Origin: an uncultured Alphaproteobacteria bacterium | GTDB lineage: Bacteria; Pseudomonadota; Alphaproteobacteria; Rhizobiales; Xanthobacteraceae | Assembly: GCA_963787675.1 (NCBI GenBank) | Contig: CAWBDV010000019.1 | Span: 212,073 to 276,072, forward strand | Direction of reading: 5' to 3' | DNA: 64,000 nt | Part shown: positions 59,154-64,000 of the stretch, in pieces | Position numbering within the stretch: position 1 is the stretch's first letter | How the letters are laid out: every line of letters starts with the position of its first letter | The notes under the pieces: generated by a model | The model's database searches: none | What the model saw: only the letters and a program-made list of their open reading frames with translations | What the model was told of the DNA's origin: nothing | Made by a program: the position numbers and the translations under genes

Positions 59154-59241
59154 AGGGGTTGGAAGGGGGTTCGTAGGGGGGTTGGCAGGGAGGTTGGCAG
59201 GGGGGTTGGCAGTGAACAAATAGGGGTTGGAAGGGGGTTCG
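59154..59241. repeat. Iteron-like repeat cluster (possible island origin or replication-protein binding site)
   Basis: AGGGGTTGGAAGGGGGTTCG occurs at 59154 and 59222 (68 bp apart), flanking three 12-bp tandem units (g/a)GGTTGGCAG at about 59177..59213. An extra GGGGGTTCG lies at about 59142. Confidence 0.6.
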
Positions 59242-59266
59242 CACCCCATTCTGATACCTATTTGCA

Positions 59267-61207
59267 TCATCCGAAAACGATTTTCTTTTTCTGCTTTGAA
59301 GGCGGTCCATCGAAACCGACTCGGATAGTCCCGGCTTCAAGCAGCCGCTCCATCGCGTCGGCAAACGCCTTCTTGGCAAAACCCTTCGCGTCCGCATGCA
59401 GGGCGAATATCTTCGGGGCGTAATCTGTCGAGCTTGGCGACGGACTAACCGGCCGGCCCTGCCCTTCGCGCAAGCGCAACAGTTCTAAAAAAACCGCTTC
59501 GGCAAGCGCCTGAGTATCCGAGCCGCCGGAGCCTTGGACATTTTCTCGGACGAAAACGCCGGCAGTCCAACGAAGCCTGATTTCACTGTCGAGTGATCCA
59601 TAATTCGCTTTTTGCTTGGTAATGATTCGAAGGTTTCGATCAGGCTCTATTCTGTCGACGTATATGCGCTTCAAATAGAGGCGAGAGCGCACCGAATTTC
59701 CCCATGCGGTTGAGCCGCTTTGCCCCGTGCCGGAGGCCATGCCTGTCAAACTGGGATGCGACAACAACAGCACTGCCAAATCCGATTCGAGTGCCATCTT
59801 TCGCAGCATCGTGACGAACTGACGAACCTGGACTCTTTTGATTTCGTCACCGCCGAACGCATCGGCTCGCGTGTCGATAGTGACAAGCTTGGGTTTAATA
59901 TCCCTAACCTCGTCGACTAACTGGTTCCACAACCGAGTTTTATTGATCGCATTCGCGCTGGTGAATGTTGCGAGAGTGGCCTCGCATTCTGCCAACGGCA
60001 CGATGTGCAAGCCCGTGAGCGAGGCCATATCAATACCCTCATGGCTGCAAATGTCTGCTACGCGGCGGTGGATTTCGTCTTCTTCGTCCTCCGCCGAAAA
60101 GTACACCACCGGCCCTTGCGTCACCGGTAGGTCGAACCATTCCCCACCTTTGGGATTGGTCATCGCAGTGCAGAGTTGCAGGGCTGCGAGGCTCTTGCCG
60201 GTGCCGCCGTCGCCGCTAAAATCCGTAACGATGCGACTTGGGATGAAATCCTCAACCACCCATTCGCGTTGCGGAACAGGTTTGCCCGCGAAATCCGAAG
60301 CCCTGATTATGCGCAGGCGTCCAGTTGGTGAAGCCGTTTCATCCTCATAAACCTCGCCGGTTTGCGGGTCGTAGTCGGCCAAGTCGTCATGCGGCTTCCC
60401 TTGGCCGGCCGTCAGGCCGCTATTGATACTGTCGCGGCATCGCTTGCCGCCATCTTCACGCAGGAGCCCATTCGAATCACACGCAGCCCATAGGGCTTGC
60501 TCAACCTCCCCGACCTCAACCCAACCCCGTGCGACCATCCGGCCCATGCGGTAGGCCACGGTATTGAGCAGGTTGTTCCTGCCGCCCGGCTCAGCCTTTG
60601 CAACTTCCGCTTGGCAACCCGCCAGCGCGGCTTGGGCGTAAGCACGTTCGCGATTGCCCGGCTCCCGGCGCGCTTCCTGTATGGGCTGCTCAACGGCCGT
60701 CCGCGCGGAAGCAATCGCTTCGAGATATTCGACGGCCAAGCGTCGAACCTCATCATCCAAGCGCCTTTCCCAAATCTCTCTTTTGATCGAGAGGCGCCGA
60801 CGGTTCACTTCCTCTAATTCGACCGGGTACCCCGCAACGAGATCGGTCTCATCACACATCCTATCGCGGCAGAACCGGTCGCAATTCTTAGGCTCCGGGA
60901 AATCCTCGGTCGTGTACGGATAGATTGCAATCCACCCTTCGAGCTTGCTCTGAACCTTAATATAGCGTCCGGGGTCAATGACCTTTTTGCTTTTTACGAG
61001 TCCGATCCATTCATTGATATTATCCTCGCGGTCGGTATCGGCTGGAAACAGCGTTACCGCGCCGTCTGGCGGAAGCGAGTTTAAATCTTCCCCAGTCTTG
61101 AGTTCCGACCGAAAAATGATTGTCGGTTTCAATCGGACTACTGACTTCAATCTCAGAGAGCCAGAACTTCCGCAAGCTCGAATCTGTCGTGCTCTCTTCG
61201 GGATCAC
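59267..61207 (-). CDS. RepA-like / AAA_25 replicative helicase-family ATPase with N-terminal primase-associated helical domain
   Basis: Walker A DFSGDGGTGKS, Walker B LVTIDT, LLLSHPS..GSTAW. N-terminal RNNLLNTVAYRMGRMV...SINSGLTAG motif. Confidence 0.8.
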   Translation of the reverse strand: MIPKRARQIRACGSSGSLRLKSVVRLKPTIIFRSELKTGEDLNSLPPDGAVTLFPADTDREDNINEWIGLVKSKKVIDPGRYIKVQSKLEGWIAIYPYTTEDFPEPKNCDRFCRDRMCDETDLVAGYPVELEEVNRRRLSIKREIWERRLDDEVRRLAVEYLEAIASARTAVEQPIQEARREPGNRERAYAQAALAGCQAEVAKAEPGGRNNLLNTVAYRMGRMVARGWVEVGEVEQALWAACDSNGLLREDGGKRCRDSINSGLTAGQGKPHDDLADYDPQTGEVYEDETASPTGRLRIIRASDFAGKPVPQREWVVEDFIPSRIVTDFSGDGGTGKSLAALQLCTAMTNPKGGEWFDLPVTQGPVVYFSAEDEEDEIHRRVADICSHEGIDMASLTGLHIVPLAECEATLATFTSANAINKTRLWNQLVDEVRDIKPKLVTIDTRADAFGGDEIKRVQVRQFVTMLRKMALESDLAVLLLSHPSLTGMASGTGQSGSTAWGNSVRSRLYLKRIYVDRIEPDRNLRIITKQKANYGSLDSEIRLRWTAGVFVRENVQGSGGSDTQALAEAVFLELLRLREGQGRPVSPSPSSTDYAPKIFALHADAKGFAKKAFADAMERLLEAGTIRVGFDGPPSKQKKKIVFG

Positions 61208-61414
61208 GATTTACCAAATTGCGTCTCGCTTTTAGTTTTAAAAGTCCTCCTAGCTTGACCGTATTGACTATTTTATATTCAGATGATACGTTGTGCATGT
61301 TAACTCAGTTCCTTGTGCTGCATGGTTATCCAGCGTCCCACCGCTGGTCGAAATTCAAAGGGGTCGCCCTGGCAGGCGGCCCTTTTGCCGTTTGAGGGTC
61401 AGCCTCGACTGTCT

Positions 61415-61663
61415 TTAAAGCTCTCCGGCCCGACGTATCCGCCGGCCACGTTCGGACTGTTCACCGCTCCGCTGTCGCGGCGCTCGACGTGGACGCCACT
61501 CGATAACGGCTGGCCAGGATGAAGTCTTGGCACCGCAGTGCAACACGTACACAACGGCATCGCCTTTCTGGCGCCGGGCGTGAAAGCCTCGCACTCTTGT
61601 GTCCCAAATCTTCTCTCCCGGCTTCAACTTGCCGACCGTCACGATGCCGATTGTCGCGCGCAT
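61415..61663 (-). pseudogene. Remnant of a P4-type integrase (arm-binding N-terminus only)
   Basis: MRATIGIVTVGKLKPGEKIWDTRVRGFHARRQKGDAVVYVLH matches the N-terminal arm-type DNA-binding domain pattern. Downstream sequence in all frames lacks any catalytic domain. Adjacent to the right-end repeats. Confidence 0.55.
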
Positions 61664-61684
61664 TTTTCCCCCGCCCAGTTGGGC

Positions 61685-61727
61685 TAGCCAACATCTAGCC
61701 AACGACTATGCGCAAACCGTAGCCAAT
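61685..61727 (+). repeat. Arm-type repeats near the right island end
   Basis: tagccaac (61685), tagccaac (61696), tagccaat (about 61720). Confidence 0.55.
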
Positions 61728-61817
61728 CGAGGCAAGGGAGGGCAAGAGTAAAAGTCAATGAAATCTGGTATTTCGTGAGTGTTAGAGTTTGCTAGCATTG
61801 ATCGGCAAACCGAGCTA

Positions 61818-61837
61818 GCTGCCACATTATGGCAGCC
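61818..61837. repeat. Island-flanking direct repeat, right (putative attR core)
   Basis: gctgccacattatggcagcc: 19/20 identical to 50166..50185. Confidence 0.75.
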
Positions 61838-61970
61838 TTCCTCCCGCGCCGCCGATTGACGGCGCGACATCGCCTCCTTTATGTCGTATGGTTGCCATGG
61901 GGAAACCGGCGAAAGACGCCGGGCACGCGTACCCGGCCGTTCAGCGGCCGGCGTAGACAGGGGAGCTTCA

Positions 61971-62450
61971 ATGCGTCACTTCGCCAAGTTGGCGGTCGTC
62001 GTGGCAGTTGCCGTCATGACCGCGGTGCCCGCCGGCGCGCAGCCGCGCGAACGGGTTCAGGCCGGCACGCTGACCTGCGACATTTCAGGCGGCATTGGCC
62101 TGATCTTCGGTTCGCAGCGGACGCTCAACTGCTCGTTTACGCCGGCAATCCCGGGTCCGATCGAGTTCTATGCCGGCACGCTCACCAAGGTCGGCGTCGA
62201 CCTCGGCATTACGACGGGCGGCGTCATGGTGTGGACCGTCTATGCGCCGACGTCGCGCCCTGCAGGTGCCCTCGCCGGCAGCTACGGTGGAGCTACTGCT
62301 GAAGCCAGCGTCGTGGCCGGCGTGGGTGCGAATGTTCTTGTCGGCGGCTCGAACCGCACGGTCGAATTGCAACCGCTCTCGGTGCAGGGTCAGGCCGGCC
62401 TGAACGTCGCCGCGGGCGTTGCCGGCATCGATCTGCGTTGGGTGCGCTGA
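61971..62450 (+). CDS. DUF992-like exported protein
   Basis: ATG at 61971. Signal peptide ..VPAGAQP. GTLTCDISGGIGLIFGS..., GANVLVGGSNRTVELQPLSVQGQAGLNVAAGV. Confidence 0.82.
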   Translation: MRHFAKLAVVVAVAVMTAVPAGAQPRERVQAGTLTCDISGGIGLIFGSQRTLNCSFTPAIPGPIEFYAGTLTKVGVDLGITTGGVMVWTVYAPTSRPAGALAGSYGGATAEASVVAGVGANVLVGGSNRTVELQPLSVQGQAGLNVAAGVAGIDLRWVR

Positions 62451-62502
62451 CTTAACTCGCGCGATCGTTCGTGGCGCCGGACCTGACGCCGGCGCAGAGT
62501 GC

Positions 62503-62530
62503 AAAGCCCCGGTTTGTCCGGGGCTTTTTT
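62503..62530 (+). terminator. Rho-independent terminator
   Basis: aaagccccgg-tttgt-ccggggcttt followed by a T-run, 53 bp after the DUF992 stop. Confidence 0.8.
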
Positions 62531-62545
62531 GTGAGGACTGTCCAT

Positions 62546-64000
62546 ATGGCCTCGACGCCTAACCCGATCACGTCGAATCAACGCTCCTATCCCGACCTGC
62601 ACGATCACATCGCGGCCCTGCGCGAAGCCGGTCTGTTGATCGAGGTCACCCGCGAGATCAACAAGGACACCGAGATGCACCCGCTGGTGCGCTGGCAGTT
62701 TCGCGGCAGCATCGCGCCGGAGGACCGGCGCGCTTTCCTGTTCACCAACATCGTCGACAGCAAGGGACGCCGGTTCGACATTCCGGTGCTGGTGTGCGGG
62801 CTTGCCGGCAACAACCAAATCTATTCGCTGGGCATGGGCTGCCGCGTCGAGGAGGTGCGCGACCGCTGGATCAAGGCGATGAGCCAGCCGATCAAGCCGC
62901 GCGTCGTCGACGTCGCACCGTGCCAGGAGATCGTCCATGCCGCTGACGAATTGCGCAGCGGCCACGGCCTCGACGCCATCCCGGTGCCGATCTCGTCGCC
63001 GGGTTGGGACAATGCGCCCTACACCACATCGAGCCATTTCATCACCGCCGATCCCGAAACCGGCATCCAGAACGTCGGCAATTATCGCGGCATGATCAAA
63101 GCGCCGGACCGCATGGGCATGAACCCCTCGGTCGAACTGCGCACCGGCGGCTACATGCATTGGGCGAAGTGGAAGGCGCGCGGCCAGCCGATGCCGTGCG
63201 CCGTGGTGCTGGGCTGCCCGCCGGCGGTCTCCTACACCGCGGTGCAGAAGGTGCCGGAAATTTACGACGAACTCGACATCGCCGGCGGGCTCATCGGCGC
63301 GCCGCTCAACGTGGTCAAATGCAAGAACTTCTCGATCTCCTGGTGCCCGCGGAGTCCGAAATCGTGATCGAGGGATTCATCTCGACCGAATTTCTCGAGC
63401 CGGAGGCGCCGTTCGGCGAATCCCACGGCCACGTCAACCTGCAGGAATATAACGCCGTGCTCGACGTCACCTGCATTACGCGACGCCGCAACGCCGTCAT
63501 GACGTCGTGGGTGAGCCAGGTGACGCCGTCGGAATCGAGCTGCATCAAGCGCCCGGCCTTCGAGGCCGCGCACATGATTCATCTGCGCAACAACCTCGGC
63601 ATCCAAGGCATCAAGCGCGTCGTCACCCACGAGCCGCTCACCGCGCTGCAAAAGCTGATCGTGGTGGTGTTCGAGAAGGGCGTGCCACGCACCGAAATCT
63701 GGCGCGCGCTCTATGGCATCGCCACGTTCCGCCGCGCTGAAGGCAAGTGGGTGGTCGCGGTGGACGAAGACATCGATCCGGACAATGCCGACGCCACGTT
63801 CTGGGCGATGTCGTTTCGCTGCAAGCCGCACCGCGATGTGAAGATCCTTGAGCACAAGGACGAGGGACATGGGCCGCGCAGCCTTATCGATCACGAGGAC
63901 TCTGCAGTGCTCATCGACGCCACGCTCAAGGAAACATTCCCGCCAATCTCGCTGCCCAAACGCGAATACATGGAGCGAGCCAAGACGATCTGGGATGAAC
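62546..64000 (+). pseudogene. UbiD-family decarboxylase, copy 3. Frame is broken at 63325..63331 (apparent 2-nt insertion). The 3' end runs off the window.
   Basis: ORF 62471..63367 (ATG at 62546) reads a typical UbiD N-terminal and middle domain up to ..GAPLNVVKCK. The rest (DLLVPAESEIVIEGF..PFGESHGH..WAMSFRCKP..) is open in another frame to the window end. Changing aaGAACTTCtc to aaGACTCtc gives KCKTLDLLVPA, matching KCKTIDVEVPA in copy 1. Confidence 0.85.

Larger units (their letters stand above)
50166..61837. mobile_element. Integrative genomic island of about 11.7 kb (P4/satellite-like replication-integration module plus cargo), probably decayed
   Basis: 20-bp direct repeats at both ends. 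TAGCCAAC-type arm repeats inside both ends. Visibly lower GC and different codon usage than the flanks. Contains a RepA-like helicase, DUF5681, a tyrosine recombinase and an integrase N-terminal remnant. The flanking genes are ordinary core genes. Confidence 0.8.

Noticed and set aside
59154-59241. Possible CRISPR array, because of short G-rich tandem repeats
   Set aside because: The units are 12 bp, directly abutting, with no spacers and no cas genes. This is better explained as iterons.
58920-59423. ORFs 58920..59270, 58939..59397 and 59022..59423 as Pro- or Gly-rich proteins
   Set aside because: Their sequences are simply translations of the G/C-rich repeat cluster in different frames and on different strands. 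No start context or domain supports them.

Overview
GC-rich alphaproteobacterial chromosome segment; the gene content and intergenic palindromic repeats look Rhizobiales/Bradyrhizobiaceae-like. Layout: (1) 1-16.6 kb is a periplasmic alcohol-oxidation region. It holds a tandem array of three diverged PQQ-dehydrogenase paralogs (the first is cut by the window edge), a c-type cytochrome and two unknown secreted proteins. It also holds a fourth PQQ-dehydrogenase with its own cytochrome c, transcribed divergently from a Tat-exported PaoABC-like molybdenum aldehyde oxidoreductase operon that ends in a di-haem cytochrome b. (2) 16.7-31.7 kb is mostly housekeeping: L,D-transpeptidase, tadA, rluB, rsmD, two beta-barrel OMPs, uvrC, pgsA, moaDE, aldolase, acyltransferase. 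(3) 31.8-46.1 kb is a dense, regulator-less locus. It contains a second three-subunit Mo-hydroxylase, two NCS2 permeases, two UbiD decarboxylases, an amidohydrolase_2 decarboxylase-family enzyme, a split TPP decarboxylase, a COG0523 metallochaperone and a beta-hydroxyacid dehydrogenase. This is my best candidate for an undescribed pathway. (4) 50.17-61.84 kb is a lower-GC integrative island of about 11.7 kb. It is bounded by 20-bp direct repeats and flanked by TAGCCAAC arm-type repeats. It carries a RepA-like helicase, iteron-like repeats, a short tyrosine recombinase, an integrase remnant, a PLD(HKD)-nuclease fusion with a tiny upstream ORF, and a HEPN/MtlR-like protein. These are candidate defence or addiction modules. 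(5) After the island come a DUF992 gene and a third UbiD paralog that runs off the window. Five otherwise conserved genes (uvrC, pgsA, a GT87 glycosyltransferase, a STAS protein, UbiD-3) carry single or double base indels, and all five map onto GANTC-type sites. This looks more like a systematic assembly artefact at CcrM-methylated sites than true pseudogenisation. No rRNA, tRNA or CRISPR array was found. All functional calls rest on motif and family recognition by eye; no database search was possible.
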